From Octopus sinensis (taxonomy: Eukaryota): DNA of 64,000 nt. Location of the stretch: NCBI RefSeq assembly GCF_006345805.1, contig NC_043003.1, positions 114,824,001 to 114,888,000 of the forward strand, written 5' to 3'. This document shows, piece after piece, positions 62,732 through 64,000 of this stretch. The notes under the pieces were generated by a model. That model searched no databases and had not been told where the DNA came from. It was given only the letters and a program-made list of their open reading frames with translations. The translations under genes and the position numbers were made by a program. Positions within the stretch are counted from its first letter, which is position 1. Each line of letters starts with the position of its first letter.

Positions 62732-64000
62732 ATCCTTTCCAAGTAATTCGAGAGGAGAAGCGCTGTATATGTTCTTGTCTTCAGAAGCGTCACCGACCCA
62801 TGCACACCTGTTGTAGGTTTATCATAAAAAATGAGTATTTCAGATATAGTTTTAATTTGAGTATTGTCATACAATTATACTCACAGTGGTTCCTTTGTAC
62901 TTGTGCAAGAAGGAAGCAAGATATTGGTTATATTAAAAAGCCTGACTACTGACGATGATTAACACAATGCATTGCCCGCAATTTTGGAGAAATGTCAAAT
63001 CCAAGTGAATTGCGTTCATTAACACACGGCCATTTGAAAGGAAATATATTTATTTTACTTACTTCTTCTATTTACCTGATGTATATTTTATCCGCAACGT
63101 AGTGATGAAAAGTAAATTTTGTCTTTGCGTGTTTCGAATTACGGAAGTAATCCTATTCATATATTATATGTGGAAACAGATAGACCCAACGATATCAGAT
63201 ATCATGTTTTCCAGTAGATAGACAAGCTTCATGTAACCTACGTGAAGTATGTAAGATACATTTTTCATGCTGAGGCAGACTAAAATAATTTTGTGTATCA
63301 TATATAGCGACGAATCAGTTTTATATTTCATGAGTGGAGGCGGAGAAAAGACTATAATATATATAGTGTTGATGTACGTTTAACAATTTCATATGCGAAG
63401 ATAATTATTTCACGTAAACAATTTTCAGTTTGTATATTGCCATGTTTTCACATTTAGTTGTTTAATGGTATTAGACATGTTCTGCTTGCAGCTGTCGTTC
63501 GCCATTATCTTGTTCTTGTTGAATAGCTGCTGATATTAACAAAGGATAAGATAATAAAGAACTAAATACCGCTCTACAATACAAGGAAAATAATGATATA
63601 ATGTCTTAGCATATGTGTATGCGTCCAACCCGCTAGAAACAACAGTTCAATGTCTTCAAAACGTTAAATAGTTTTAAGGAAAAAAGCTTAATGTATATAA
63701 TTTAGTTATTCTTACACAAAGAATATTAGATTGTCATGAGTGGCATGTCTGCAAAAGCATTTGTGCTCGGCGAATAATAATCTGGGATTAAAATATGAAC
63801 AACAAATATTACGTAGCGACATTGTATTCAGTATAACTCACCATGTGACAATGATTCAATAAGGTGTGAAACATTTTATTGTACTGATTATCAAATACAA
63901 AATACACAACAATAACAATATAAAGCTTAACTATGGCAGCATGCAGAAAATATTCACTTCCAAATCATTCTCTACATAATTATGAGCCAATAAACTAGCG

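Noticed and set aside
62740-63030. Possible piggyBac transposase remnant (ISEILIFYDKPTTGV) on the minus strand
   Set aside because: A weak single-motif resemblance to PEII.FYN.TKGGVD with no supporting TIR or TTAA.

Overview
AT-rich eukaryotic non-coding DNA, very probably from an Octopus (cephalopod) genome. This is inferred from the tRNA-derived SINE families and the extreme (TA)n/(AAT)n/(TAC)n microsatellite density. Almost all ORFs in the supplied track are microsatellite or repeat artefacts, and no host gene can be identified with confidence; one minus-strand first-exon candidate lies at 25963-26103. The window is a mosaic of mobile DNA. It holds a ~5.8 kb Helitron (38182-43963) with a frameshifted Rep/PIF1 ORF and an internal helicase deletion, three non-autonomous Helitrons, three SINE families, fragments of CR1-like, Tx1/L1, R4/Dong and RTE LINEs, several MITE-like elements, a 7 x 210 bp tandem array and a 21 bp minisatellite. 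The most notable unannotated signal is a set of minimal type I hammerhead ribozyme motifs next to TA microsatellites: 30867-30918, 37315-37405 with its inverted twin 38050-38140, and 46737-46822, plus degenerate copies at about 47391 and 59607. They suggest several Penelope/retrozyme-like non-coding elements, one of them a 249 bp inverted repeat carrying a ribozyme on each strand directly against the Helitron 5' end. All calls are made by eye, without database searches or folding software.
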